A stretch of DNA of 64,000 nt from Thermodesulfobacteriota bacterium (lineage in GTDB: Bacteria > Desulfobacterota_D > UBA1144 > Nemesobacterales > JAJCZQ01), in contig OZ244044.1 of assembly GCA_965215275.1 (NCBI GenBank), forward strand, positions 477,548 to 541,547, given 5' to 3'. The stretch's first letter is position 1. Every line of letters starts with the position of its first letter. Positions 26,481 through 39,100 of the stretch are shown here, in pieces. The position numbers and the translations under genes are program-made. The notes under the pieces were generated by a model. That model searched no databases and was not told the origin of the DNA. It was given only the letters and a program-made list of their open reading frames with translations.

Positions 26481-28328
26481 TCACTCTGCCGACACGTGCT
26501 CAAGTATACTGTAGATCCTTCCGACCATGTTCTGCGGTTCATCTATCAGTCCCGCCATAAGAAGTGAATTATCGTATATCTGCTCGACAACGGTCTTTGC
26601 CAGAGGCTCGTCCTTCTGTCTTAGCAGGTTAAGGTTTTTTATCAGCTTATGCGAATCGTTTATCTCCAGCCTTACCTTGTAGTCGGTTTTTTTACTCTTG
26701 TCCATAAAGTTTGCAAATCTTCTCATGCTGTGGGTCATCATTTTATCCGTGTTAAGTGCGACCACGGGACTGTCGATCAGTCTCGTACTGACCTTCACTT
26801 CCTCGACCTCATCACCTAAAGTATCCTTGATCCAGCCGCAGAGGTCCTTTGATTCATCCTCGCTTATCAGGCTCTTTTTGTCCCTGGACGTTTTAAAATC
26901 AAGGTCTGCCGTGTCAACGGAGACGACCTTCCTGCCGTCAAACTCCTTTATACCGTTAATGACAAAGTCATCGATCGGTTCGTAAATATAAATCGCCTCC
27001 AAACCGCGGTCCTTGACCACCTCCATCTGCGGACTGCCGTCGATCAGTCCCCTGTCGTTCCCAAAGGCGTAGTATATCTCCTTCTGATCGTCCTTCATAC
27101 CAGAAACGTAGTCTTCAAGGGATTTAAGCTCTCCCTTGTCGGTTGATGAGGTCTCGAACATCAGCAGTTTTTGCAGCTGTTCACGGTTCAGGAAATCAGA
27201 AGATGCACCTTCTTTGATAAAAAACCCGAACTTATTATAGAATTCCGAGTATTTCTTTTTATCTTTTTTTGATTCGTCAGACAAGAACCTGATAAACCTC
27301 TTCGTTATTGCCTTTCCCAGTTTGTCCATAAGGGAGCTGTCCTGCATGCTTTCCCTTGAAATGTTCAAAGGCAGGTCCGCACTGTCAACCACCCCTTTTA
27401 AAAATCTGAGCCACTCCGGCAGAAAGTACTTCGGACTTGAATCTATCAGTACTCTTTTACAGTAGATGCTCACTCCCGGATCGACCCGTCCAAGTCCCGG
27501 TATCTCCGGGTTCTCCGTTGGAACGAACAGCAGTGCATTTATTTCGATCGGTGCATCGGAACTGAAATGCAGTGTATAGTTCGGATCGTCAAAGGCGTTT
27601 GACTGGAATTTATAAAACTCCTTGTATTCGTCCTCTTTTATATCGCTTTTGTTTCTCAGCCATATAGCTTCGATCTTGTTTATCTGCTCACCATCAAGTT
27701 TTATAGGGAACTGAACGAATCCTGAATATCTGTTCAGTACATCCTTGACCCTGTGGGTATCGGAAAATTCCTTATACTCATCCTTTAAAAGAATAACTAC
27801 CTTCGTTCCCCTTCTGTTGCCTTTTACCTTCTCGACCTCGAACGTTCCCGAACCATCGCTCTTCCACAGAAGGTGCTCCTCTTTGCTTTTCCAGCTGCGA
27901 GTATAGACCTCCACACTCTTTGCGACCATGAACGAACTGTAAAATCCCACTCCGAACTGCCCGATCAGGTTTTCGTTTACGGATCTTTCCTCCTTTATGG
28001 ACTCCAGAAATCGCTTTGACCCTGAATGAGCGATAGTTCCCAGATTTTCCACCAGTTCGTCCCTCGTCATACCGACCCCAAAATCCGTTATCGTGATGGT
28101 ATTGTCCTTCTCACTTGTTTTGATCTCTATCTCAAGAGGCAGTTTCTCGTCAAATATCCCCTTTTCCGTCTGCTGGATGTATCTCAGTTTCTCAAGTGCA
28201 TCGGAGGCATTGGAAACAAGTTCTCTTATAAATATCTCCTTGTCCGTGTACAAGGAGTGAACAACAATGTCCAGAAGCTGCTTTACCTCTGCCTGAAATT
28301 CATGTCTGTCTGACTTTTGCTTCGCCAT
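26481..28328 (-). CDS. htpG: Molecular chaperone HtpG (Hsp90)
   Basis: 615 aa; FQAEVKQLLDIVVHSLYTDKEIFIRELVSNASDALEKLRY, the GHKL ATPase N-domain. Confidence 0.97.
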   Translation of the reverse strand: MAKQKSDRHEFQAEVKQLLDIVVHSLYTDKEIFIRELVSNASDALEKLRYIQQTEKGIFDEKLPLEIEIKTSEKDNTITITDFGVGMTRDELVENLGTIAHSGSKRFLESIKEERSVNENLIGQFGVGFYSSFMVAKSVEVYTRSWKSKEEHLLWKSDGSGTFEVEKVKGNRRGTKVVILLKDEYKEFSDTHRVKDVLNRYSGFVQFPIKLDGEQINKIEAIWLRNKSDIKEDEYKEFYKFQSNAFDDPNYTLHFSSDAPIEINALLFVPTENPEIPGLGRVDPGVSIYCKRVLIDSSPKYFLPEWLRFLKGVVDSADLPLNISRESMQDSSLMDKLGKAITKRFIRFLSDESKKDKKKYSEFYNKFGFFIKEGASSDFLNREQLQKLLMFETSSTDKGELKSLEDYVSGMKDDQKEIYYAFGNDRGLIDGSPQMEVVKDRGLEAIYIYEPIDDFVINGIKEFDGRKVVSVDTADLDFKTSRDKKSLISEDESKDLCGWIKDTLGDEVEEVKVSTRLIDSPVVALNTDKMMTHSMRRFANFMDKSKKTDYKVRLEINDSHKLIKNLNLLRQKDEPLAKTVVEQIYDNSLLMAGLIDEPQNMVGRIYSILEHVSAE

Positions 28329-28550
28329 ATTAAATTCTCCCGTGTATAAAAGTGTGAATAAAAAATAATTACGGTTTGATAATATTCAAGACCTGTTTTT
28401 GGACAATTACATCCCATACAAGTAATTACAGGATCTCATAGTATGCGGAACTTTGAAAAATCCTTTCGAGGGCTTCATTCATAGATAAGGGACTTTCTTA
28501 CCGTATCTAACTGAAAATCCCATGGAGTAATCCCGTCTAATTTTGAACTT

Positions 28551-29156
28551 TTAAACTTTAATATCTTTTTTTAAAAAAGGACTCCAGTATCCTGTACCTT
28601 TTTCTCTGATACTATAAACAGTATCGTCTATAAGATATTTTAACTCTTCAACTATAAGATCAACATCTTTTTTATGTCCGATACAACTTTCCGGTATGGT
28701 CAAACCAAGTATATGGTTTACAGCTAAAAGGGTATCATTGTAAGTATTAATATAAGTAAACATTTTATATCCTTTATATTTACCATGATATTTAATATCC
28801 TCTGCTGTCTTTAGTTCTTCAGCATAAAACTCTTCCGTAATATCCATACCATATTTGTCATAAAATTCCTTCTTAATATCTGATATAGATTTATCATCAA
28901 ATTCATCTATATGATCTTCATCTTCGTCTGTACATTCATTTGCAAGAATTTCCTTTGCTTCTTTATCACGCGTTATATTTTTCTTTTTATCTTCTTTTAT
29001 TATATATTTTGTAAAATTATTGAATTCTTCAATTTGTTTAAAACTTATATCATCATCATCATTTCCAGAAACAATAATATATAAATTAGGATGATGTTTA
29101 TGATGTAACATTCTATGATTATTCCCAATTATTTCTTCATACATATCTTCATTCAT
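28551..29156 (-). CDS. Hypothetical highly acidic protein; paralogue of 5418..5807
   Basis: 201 aa; the C-terminal about 100 aa aligns with the 5418..5807 product; AT-rich patch; AAGGAG upstream. Confidence 0.7.
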   Translation of the reverse strand: MNEDMYEEIIGNNHRMLHHKHHPNLYIIVSGNDDDDISFKQIEEFNNFTKYIIKEDKKKNITRDKEAKEILANECTDEDEDHIDEFDDKSISDIKKEFYDKYGMDITEEFYAEELKTAEDIKYHGKYKGYKMFTYINTYNDTLLAVNHILGLTIPESCIGHKKDVDLIVEELKYLIDDTVYSIREKGTGYWSPFLKKDIKV

Positions 29157-29211
29157 ATTTTTATTACTCCTTAAACTCTGATTATTTTTCCTAAAAATGT
29201 GTTTAAATAAT

Positions 29212-29325
29212 CTCCACCAGATTTTTTTAATAAAAGAAACAAACTCATCTACCTACAAGATCTTTAAATCCTTCGATTACAAGATAAATATCTCTTTTAT
29301 TTCCAATATCAGGTTATGACAATCC
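29212..29325 (-). pseudogene. Degenerate relic of the C-terminus of a further copy of the 5418/28551 family
   Basis: The minus-strand translation GLS*PDIGNKRDIYLVIEGFKDLVGR* parallels GLTIPESCIGHKKDVDLIVEELKYLIDD of the intact copy. It contains an in-frame stop and a frameshift. Confidence 0.35.
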
Positions 29326-29403
29326 AGAAACTTTCAAAATCTCACAGCCGTTAAAATATGGAAGTCCAGGATAACGATACTTAACTCTGTTCGTCTTCAG
29401 CCT

Positions 29404-31028
<1,625 letters not shown>

Positions 31029-31029
31029 A

Positions 31030-32454
31030 ATGAAACACAGAACGCTTTTTGACAAAATATGGGACGCTCACGTGATCTACGAGCAGGATCAGAAGCCAAC
31101 CCTTTTGTACATTGATCTGCACCTGGTGCACGAGGTGACCTCTCCGCAGGCATTCGAAGGACTGAAACTGAACGACAGAACGGTCAGAAGGCCCGACCTG
31201 ACCTTTGCGACCATGGACCACAACGTTCCCACCACTGACAGGTCCATGCCCATAGAAGATGAAATATCCGCACGGCAGATGGAAACCCTCAGACAGAACT
31301 GCAACGTGCATGGAATAGAACTTTACGGGATCAAGACCAACAGTCACTCTCAGGGGATCGTTCACGTCATCGGTCCCGAGCTGGGGCTTACAAGACCGGG
31401 TATGACGATAGTATGCGGGGACAGCCATACTTCAACCCACGGAGCTTTTGGATCGCTTGCGTTCGGTATTGGAACAAGTGAGGTAGAGCACGTGCTTTCA
31501 ACCCAGTGTCTCTGGCAGAACAAACCCAGTGTATTTGAAATAAAGATAGAAGGTGAAAGGCAATACGGGGTCAGTGCAAAAGATATAATCCTGAGCATTA
31601 TAGGCAGTATAGGAACCGCAGGTGCCACGCAGCACGTAGTTGAATACAGGGGCAATGCGATCGAAGATCTGTCAATGGAAGAAAGAATGACCATCTGTAA
31701 CATGTCGATCGAAGCAGGCGCAAAAGCAGGAATGATAGCACCTGATCAGAAAACGTTCGATTACGTCAGAGGGAGAAAATACTCACCAGCTGGAAAAGAC
31801 ATGGATGAAGCACTGGCTTACTGGCAAAGCTTGAAAACCGATGATAACGCGGTATTTGACAGGTCCATAACCCTGAACGCATCAGAGATGGCCCCTCAGG
31901 TAAGCTGGGGAACGAATCCGGGTATGGTAACCGACGTTACTGCCAAAGTCCCAGACCCCAAACGAGTAAATGACGAAGAGGAAAGGAAATCGGCGATGCA
32001 CGCACTTGAGTACATGGACTTAAAGCCCAATACCCCGATCGAAGATATAAGGATCGACAGGGTATTTATCGGGTCGTGTACGAACGCCAGACTTGAAGAC
32101 CTGACGGCTGCTGCCAGGGTCGTAAAGGGTAAAAAGATCGCTGCAAGCGTCAGAGCAATGGTCGTTCCCGGATCGCAGGTGGTAAAACTGAAAGCTGAAA
32201 AGATCGGACTGGATAAGATCTTTAAAGAAGCAGGGTTCGAATGGCGGGAGGCAGGCTGCAGTATGTGCCTTGGGATGAACGCGGATATCCTCTCTCCTGG
32301 AGAAAGATGTGCAAGTACATCGAACAGGAACTTTGAAGGCAGGCAGGGCAAAGGGGGAAGGACCCACCTGGTAAGTCCCATAATGGCAGCGGCAGCGGCC
32401 ATAAAGGGACATTTTGTGGACGTCAGATCCCTGGAACTCAATAAGGAAATATAA
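31030..32454 (+). CDS. leuC: 3-isopropylmalate dehydratase large subunit
   Basis: 474 aa; aconitase-family Fe-S motifs ([26 protein letters not shown]). Confidence 0.95.
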   Translation: MKHRTLFDKIWDAHVIYEQDQKPTLLYIDLHLVHEVTSPQAFEGLKLNDRTVRRPDLTFATMDHNVPTTDRSMPIEDEISARQMETLRQNCNVHGIELYGIKTNSHSQGIVHVIGPELGLTRPGMTIVCGDSHTSTHGAFGSLAFGIGTSEVEHVLSTQCLWQNKPSVFEIKIEGERQYGVSAKDIILSIIGSIGTAGATQHVVEYRGNAIEDLSMEERMTICNMSIEAGAKAGMIAPDQKTFDYVRGRKYSPAGKDMDEALAYWQSLKTDDNAVFDRSITLNASEMAPQVSWGTNPGMVTDVTAKVPDPKRVNDEEERKSAMHALEYMDLKPNTPIEDIRIDRVFIGSCTNARLEDLTAAARVVKGKKIAASVRAMVVPGSQVVKLKAEKIGLDKIFKEAGFEWREAGCSMCLGMNADILSPGERCASTSNRNFEGRQGKGGRTHLVSPIMAAAAAIKGHFVDVRSLELNKEI

Positions 32455-32465
32455 AGAGAACAACA

Positions 32466-33083
32466 ATGGAAGCGTATATTAAAGAAAGCGGGATAGTTGC
32501 TCCTCTGGACAGGGCCAACGTGGACACGGACCAGATAATCCCGAAACAGTTCCTTAAAAGAATAGAAAGGACGGGTTTTGGAGAATTCCTGTTCTATGAC
32601 TGGCGCTATAAGGACGACGGTACGCCAGATCCTGATTTTATTTTAAATCATAAAAAATACAAAGGTGCCAGTATACTTATTGCAAGGGATAACTTCGGAA
32701 GTGGCAGTTCAAGAGAGCATGCACCGTGGGCACTCAAAGAATATGGATTTAAAACGATAATAGCCCCTTCCTTTGCGGATATTTTCTACAATAACTGCTT
32801 TAAGAACTCCATTCTGCCTGTGGAGATGGACAGAGAGGTGGTCAATAAACTTTTTGAAAATACCCTCCTTACCGACCGTTATGAATTAACGGTAGATCTG
32901 GAGGAACAGAAAATACACGATCAGATGGGAAGTTCATGGAGCTTTGAAGTGGACGGGTCTAAAAAAGAAGCATTATTAAAAGGCCTTGATGACATATCTC
33001 AGACGCTCTTACTTGAAAAACACATCAAGAAGTACGAAGAATCCATCAAGGATAAACCGTGGACACAGCCACAAAGGTCCTGA
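32466..33083 (+). CDS. leuD: 3-isopropylmalate dehydratase small subunit
   Basis: 205 aa; [15 protein letters not shown] swivel-domain motif; directly follows leuC. Confidence 0.95.
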   Translation: MEAYIKESGIVAPLDRANVDTDQIIPKQFLKRIERTGFGEFLFYDWRYKDDGTPDPDFILNHKKYKGASILIARDNFGSGSSREHAPWALKEYGFKTIIAPSFADIFYNNCFKNSILPVEMDREVVNKLFENTLLTDRYELTVDLEEQKIHDQMGSSWSFEVDGSKKEALLKGLDDISQTLLLEKHIKKYEESIKDKPWTQPQRS

Positions 33084-33121
33084 TAATCACAAAGCAGTAA
33101 CTGCAAACAGAGAACGATACG

Positions 33122-33994
33122 ATGAACCCACTGTTAATCGATTTTGAAAAGTTCCTGAAATATGAAAAAAACTGTTCCGGGCACACGGTTCGTTCATACC
33201 TGAGCGACCTTGGCGAGTTCATGGCCTTTCTGGAAGAAAACTCCACCTTTCTCAAAGACGTCAGTGTAAAGGAGATCAAGGCGTATCTGCTCCTGATGCA
33301 TAACAAGAATTCCAGATCGACCGTTTCAAGGAAACTCACGACCTTACGGTCTTTCTTTGACTTCCTCGTCGGCAAAGGCGCTTTGGAGAAAAATCTCCCG
33401 AAACTGATCCCGCTCCCAAAGAAAGAGAAACCCCTTCCTGTATTCCTGTCAGTTGATGAAGCCTATGCACTGATAGATTCGGTAAAAGAAGACGACGTCT
33501 TATCCATAAGGAACAAGGCTGTACTGGAGGTCCTTTACTCCACCGGGATCAGGGTCAGTGAGCTGTCCAACATCAGGATACTGGAGATCGACAGGGCTCA
33601 AAATACCATAAAGGTCACAGGGAAAGGCAGAAAGGAGAGATTAGTACCCTACGGTTCAAAAGCGGATAAGGCCATTGCCAGTTACCTGAAGCTGCGGCAC
33701 GAACTGAACCCGAAACAGGACTATCTTTTTCTGAACAACAGAGGGACACGACTTACGGCAAGAAGTATTGACAGAATAGTTAAAAAATACGGTATACTGA
33801 GCGGTATTTCAAAAAAGATCGGACCCCACTCGCTCAGGCACACGTTCGCAACTCACCTGCTGGGCAATGGAGCTGATCTGAGGGCAATTCAGGAACTTCT
33901 GGGACATTCGAGTTTGTCCACAACGCAGAAATACACCCATACCTCCGTTGAAAAATTAATGAACATATATGATAAGACCCATCCCAGGGCATAG
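33122..33994 (+). CDS. xerC: Tyrosine site-specific recombinase XerC/XerD type
   Basis: 290 aa; R...[12 protein letters not shown]...[15 protein letters not shown] catalytic pattern. The xerC-hslV-hslU synteny is common. Confidence 0.88.
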   Translation: MNPLLIDFEKFLKYEKNCSGHTVRSYLSDLGEFMAFLEENSTFLKDVSVKEIKAYLLLMHNKNSRSTVSRKLTTLRSFFDFLVGKGALEKNLPKLIPLPKKEKPLPVFLSVDEAYALIDSVKEDDVLSIRNKAVLEVLYSTGIRVSELSNIRILEIDRAQNTIKVTGKGRKERLVPYGSKADKAIASYLKLRHELNPKQDYLFLNNRGTRLTARSIDRIVKKYGILSGISKKIGPHSLRHTFATHLLGNGADLRAIQELLGHSSLSTTQKYTHTSVEKLMNIYDKTHPRA

Positions 33995-34002
33995 GGACCT
34001 GT

Positions 34003-34536
34003 ATGAAAGACTTTCATGGAACTACGATAGTTTGCGTAAAAAAGAACTCAAAGGTAGCCCTTGGGGGAGACGGACAGGTCACTCTCGGGGACACGGCCAT
34101 TAAGCATTCGGCAAAAAAGGTCAGAAAGATATACGAAGACAAGGTATCCATAGGTTTTGCCGGCTCAACGGCGGACGCTATCACGCTTTTTGACAAGTTC
34201 GAGGCAAAGCTTCAGGAATTTGGAGGTAATCTGAAACGGTCGGCGGTGGAGCTTGGAAAAGACTGGAGAACTGACAAGGTCCTGCGAAGATTAGAAGCAC
34301 TGCTCATAGTTGCAGACAAGAACTATATGTTCCTCATATCCGGCAGCGGCGACGTAATAGAATCCGATGATAACATCCTGGCAATTGGCTCAGGCGGGGC
34401 ATATGCAAGGGCAGCGGCAAAAGCCCTTTCTGAATTTTCCGATATGGAACCGGAAGATATCGTGAGAAATTCCCTGGAGATAGCCGCTGAAATCTGTATT
34501 TACACGAATAACAACATTACTATTGAGGTTATATAA
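34003..34536 (+). CDS. hslV: ATP-dependent protease subunit HslV
   Basis: 177 aa; N-terminal ...GTTIVCVKK (Thr nucleophile after processing). Confidence 0.96.
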   Translation: MKDFHGTTIVCVKKNSKVALGGDGQVTLGDTAIKHSAKKVRKIYEDKVSIGFAGSTADAITLFDKFEAKLQEFGGNLKRSAVELGKDWRTDKVLRRLEALLIVADKNYMFLISGSGDVIESDDNILAIGSGGAYARAAAKALSEFSDMEPEDIVRNSLEIAAEICIYTNNNITIEVI

Positions 34537-35892
34537 ATGACCAAGCAGCCATTTTTTACTCCACGAGAAATAGTTTCTGAACTGGACAAATACATTATTG
34601 GTCAAAATAAAGCCAAGAGAGCCGTATCGATCGCCCTCAGGAACCGCTGGAGAAGGCAGCGGGTTTCCAAAGAGTTAAGGGACGAGATCTCTCCCAAAAA
34701 TATCCTGATGATCGGTCCCACGGGCGTGGGAAAGACCGAGATCGCCCGAAGGATGGCAAAACTGGCACAGGCTCCCTTCATCAAGATCGAGGCTTCAAAG
34801 TTCACTGAAGTCGGTTACGTGGGCAGGGACGTGGAATCCATGATCCGCGATCTGACCGAGATAGCGATCAAAATGGTCGCAGACGAGGAAATAGTCAGAG
34901 TTAAAACAAAAGCAGAGGAATTAGCAGAAGAAAGAATGCTTGACCTTCTGGTACCACCACCTCCCAGTGCTTCTTCCCCAGACCCTGACGACGAATCCAA
35001 ACCTCGTGAAAAAACCGAGACCACACGTGAAAAATTCAGAAAACTTTTAAGAAAAGACAAACTGAACGACAGGTACGTTGAAATTGAAGTAACTGCCAGG
35101 CATAGCCCGATACAGGTATTCAGCACGTCCGGTATAGAAGAGATGGACGTCAATTTATCCGATATGCTCGGCAACTTCATTCCAAAGAAAACAAAAAAAA
35201 GAAAAGTAAAAGTACCCGAAGCAATGGAGATATTCATTCAGGAAGAATCACAAAGACTGGTGGACATGGATAACGTTGTTAAAACGGCCATAGAGAGGGT
35301 GGAGGAGTCAGGGATTGTATTTATTGACGAAATTGATAAGATCGCCGGCAGGGAAAGCAGTGCAGGACCGGACGTGTCAAGAGAAGGCGTCCAGAGAGAC
35401 CTGCTTCCAATAATAGAAGGATGCACCGTAAATACAAAACACGGAATGGTAAAAACCGACCATATATTATTCGTGGGAGCAGGAGCCTTTCACGTTTCAA
35501 AGCCATCTGATCTAATTCCTGAACTTCAGGGAAGATTCCCTATAAGGGTTGAACTTGAAGCACTAAAAAAGGAAGATTTTATATCCATATTGACGGAACC
35601 AAAAAACGCACTTACCAAACAGTACGTAGAACTTATGAAAACGGAAGATATAAAACTTGTTTTTCGAGATGACGGCATTGAAGAAATAGCTGACGCGGCA
35701 ACGCAGGTCAATGACGCAACTGAAAATATTGGTGCAAGAAGGCTTCATACTATTCTCGAAAAGCTGCTGGACGAGGTTTCATTTGATGCTCCGGAGATGA
35801 TAAACAAAGTAGTGGAAATTGATTCAAAGTATGTGTCAAATAAAATCTCCGACATACTGCAGGACAGGGATCTAAGCAGATATATTCTGTAA
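34537..35892 (+). CDS. hslU: ATP-dependent protease ATPase subunit HslU
   Basis: 451 aa; [21 protein letters not shown], with Walker [14 protein letters not shown]. Confidence 0.97.
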   Translation: MTKQPFFTPREIVSELDKYIIGQNKAKRAVSIALRNRWRRQRVSKELRDEISPKNILMIGPTGVGKTEIARRMAKLAQAPFIKIEASKFTEVGYVGRDVESMIRDLTEIAIKMVADEEIVRVKTKAEELAEERMLDLLVPPPPSASSPDPDDESKPREKTETTREKFRKLLRKDKLNDRYVEIEVTARHSPIQVFSTSGIEEMDVNLSDMLGNFIPKKTKKRKVKVPEAMEIFIQEESQRLVDMDNVVKTAIERVEESGIVFIDEIDKIAGRESSAGPDVSREGVQRDLLPIIEGCTVNTKHGMVKTDHILFVGAGAFHVSKPSDLIPELQGRFPIRVELEALKKEDFISILTEPKNALTKQYVELMKTEDIKLVFRDDGIEEIADAATQVNDATENIGARRLHTILEKLLDEVSFDAPEMINKVVEIDSKYVSNKISDILQDRDLSRYIL

Positions 35893-35919
35893 CTTCTGCC
35901 ATTATCCACACCAATTCTA

Positions 35920-36105
35920 TTTACGGAACAGTAAAGACTGGTTTGTCGATACCACTGACTGCCTTTTATAAGGGATTATCGGTAAAATCGTTATATGTAA
36001 ACAGCCTGAAGCATGTACTGTTCGGCACCACTGCTTCCCACAACAATATAGTACATTCCCGATATGAGGCGAATTTGCTATCAGATTATTGTTGCCGTCA
36101 CACAA
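35920..36105 (-). pseudogene. Frameshifted, internally deleted relic of a fourth protease paralogue (end of N-domain plus start of S8 domain)
   Basis: The minus strand reads LCDGNNNLIANS, then (shifted frame) LISGMYYIVVGSSGAEQYMLQAV, then ..FTDNPL..QW-like DNA. Compare QLCDSNDDLIASS...RLRPGTYYIVVGSSGADSYQLTV...NFTDDPLYGCQWHL in the intact copies. Confidence 0.6.
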
Positions 36106-36141
36106 ATGTAAATTAGTTCAATGTTTTGAAAAAACGCATTG

Positions 36142-39100
36142 CTACAGATTTATATAAGACCTTCTCTTCCTTCTGATCAATACTGATACAGGTATCAGCA
36201 TCAGACATGCTATTACTCCGAACAGTCCAGAAACAACGTCGTTCTGATCGGAAATTGCACATCCTCCTCCACCACCAGCTTCAGTATCTGGTGTTGGTCC
36301 CGGTCTCGGCGGAGCAGGACGATTCACTACCCTGATCGTGAAACTCAACTCAGCCATATCCCCATCTTCGTCTGTTACCGTATACGTGTAAGTATCAGAC
36401 GATGATACACTGGTGGGTGTTCCGCTTATCACTCGGGTAGATGCGTTAAAATCCAGTCCAGTTGGTAATGCTGGTGTTAAACTGTATCTTAATGTTCCAT
36501 TCCCTCCTGCTGCCTCAGGCAGTGTTACTGTTACTGCTGTACCCACCACATAATTCCTATTAGTAACTGTTGCACTGCCAAAGGTTGGCACGTCAGATCC
36601 TACCGTGATCCCGAACGTCAACTCAGCCATATCCCCGTCTTCGTCCGTTACAGTATATGTATAAACTGTCCTGCTCGCTGCAGTAACCGGTGTCCCGCTT
36701 ATTACTCGGGTGTTATTGTCAAAATTCAATCCAGTCGGTAATCCAGGGGTTATACTGTACCTTAATACTCCATTCCCTCCTGCTGCCTCAGGCAGTGTTT
36801 CTGTTACTGCTGTACCGGTTATATACTCCTGATCATCTATCGTATCACTGAAGCCTGGTTCTTCGTTTGCAGCCACCGTGATCCCGAACGTCAGATCAGT
36901 CGTATCCCCGTCTTCGTCCGTTACTGTATATGTATAAACTGTCCTGCTCGCTGCAGTAGTCGGTGTCCCGCTTATCTCTCGGGCAGATGCATTAAAATCC
37001 AATCCGGCAGGTAATCTAGGGGTTATACTGTAAGTTAATGGAGCATTCCCTCCCGTTGCTGCAGGCAGCGTTACCGGAAGGTTTGTCATTTTTCCTGCTA
37101 CATACTCCTGATCAGCTATCGTATCGCTGAAGCCTGGTTCTACGTCTGCTGATATCGTGATACCGAACGTCAAATCAGCTGTATCCCCATCATCATCCGT
37201 TACTGTATATGTATAAGCCGTCCTGCTCGCTGCAGTAGCCGGTGTCCCGCTTATTACTCGAGTGTTAATGTCAAAATCCAATCCAGTCGGTAATGCCGGG
37301 GTTATACTGTAAGTTAATGGAGCATTCCCTCCCGCTGCTACAGGCAGTGTTACCGGAAGGTTTGTTCCCGTCCCTGCTATGTACTCCTGATCAGCTATCG
37401 TATCGCTGAAGCTTGGTTCTTCGTTTGCAGCTACCGTGATCCCGAACGTCAGATCATCCGTATCCCCATCTTCATCCGTTACAGTATATGTATAAGCCGT
37501 CCTGCTCGCTGCAGTAGTCGGAGTTCCACTTATCACTCGGGTAGCAGGGGTAAAATCCAATCCGGCAGGTAGTCCAGGGGTTATACTGTAAGTTAATGGA
37601 GCATTCCCTCCCGTTGCTGCAGGCAATGTTACCGGAAGGTTTGTTCCCGTCCCTGCTATGTACTCCTGATCAGCTATCGTATCGCTGAAGCCTGGTTCTT
37701 CATTTGCAGCTACCGTGATCCCGAACGTCAGATCATCCGTATCCCCATCCTCGTCCGTTACTGTATATGTATAAGCCGTCCTGCTCGCTGCAGCAGCCGG
37801 TGTTCCGCTTATTACTCGAGTGTTACTGTCAAAATCCAATCCAGTCGGTAAAGCCGGGGTTATACTGTAAGTTAATGGAGCATTCCCTCCCGTTGCTGCA
37901 GGCAATGTTACCGGAAGGTTTATCGTTTTCCCTGCTACATACTCCTGATCACCTATCGTATCGCTGAAGCCTGGTTCTACGTCTGCTGATATCGTGATCC
38001 CGAACGTCAGATCATCCGTATCCCCATCCTCGTCCGTTACTGTATATGTATAAACTGTCCTGCTCGCTGCAGCAGCCGGTGTTCCGCTTATTACTCGAGT
38101 GTTACTGTCAAAATCCAATCCAGTTGGTAATGCAGGGGTTATACTGTAAGTTAATGGAGCATTCCCTCCCGCTGCCTCAGGCAGTGTTACCGGAAGGTTC
38201 GTTGCTGTCCCTGCTACATACTCCTGATCATCTATCGTATCACTGAAGCCTGGTTCTTCGTTTGCAGCTACCGTGATACCGAACGTCAGATCAGTCGTAT
38301 CTCCATCTATGTCTTCTACCGTATATGTATAGGTATTCTTACTTGCTGCAGCAGTCGGTGTCCCGCTTATTACTCGAGTGTTACTGTCAAAATCCAATCC
38401 AGTTGGTAAAGCAGGGGTTATACTGTAAGTTAATGGAGCATTCCCTCCCGCTGCTACAGGCAGTGTTACCGGAAGGTTAGTTGCTGTCCCTGCTACGTAC
38501 TCCTGATCAGCTATCGTATCACTGAAGCCTGGTTCTACGTCTGCAGCTATTGTAATACCAAACGTCAAATCAGTCGTATCTCCATCTATGTCTTCTACCG
38601 TATATGTATAGGTATTCTTACTCGCTGCAGTAGTTGGAGTTCCGCTTATCGCTCGGGTAGCAGGGGTAAAATCCAATCCAGTTGGTAAAGCGGGAGTTAT
38701 ACTGTAAGTTAATGGAGCATTCCCTCCTGCTGCCTCAGGCAGTGTTACCGGAAGGTTTGTTGCTGTCCCTGCTACGTACTCCTGATCAGCTATCGTATCA
38801 CTGAAGCCTGGTTCTACGTCAGCTGATATCGTGATACCGAACGTCAGATCATCCGTATCACCATCTTCGTCCGTTACTGTATATGTATAAGCCGTTCTGC
38901 TCGCTGCAGCAGCCGGTGTCCCGCTTATTACTCGAGTGTTACTGTCAAAATCCAATCCAGTCGGTAATGCCGGGGTTATACTGTAAGTTAATGGAGCATT
39001 CCCTCCCGCTGCCTCAGGCAGTGTTACCGGAAGGTTTGTTGCCGTACCTGCTATGTACTCCTGATCATCTATCGTATCACTGAAACTTGGCACTTCGTTT

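Noticed and set aside
28435-28446. CTCATAGTATGC, a partial match to the conserved 15-mer ACTCATAACAGTATG of the about 100-nt element, at the edge of the third AT-rich patch
   Set aside because: It is only a 12-mer with a 3-nt deletion, and the flanks do not align convincingly. It could be chance in AT-rich DNA.
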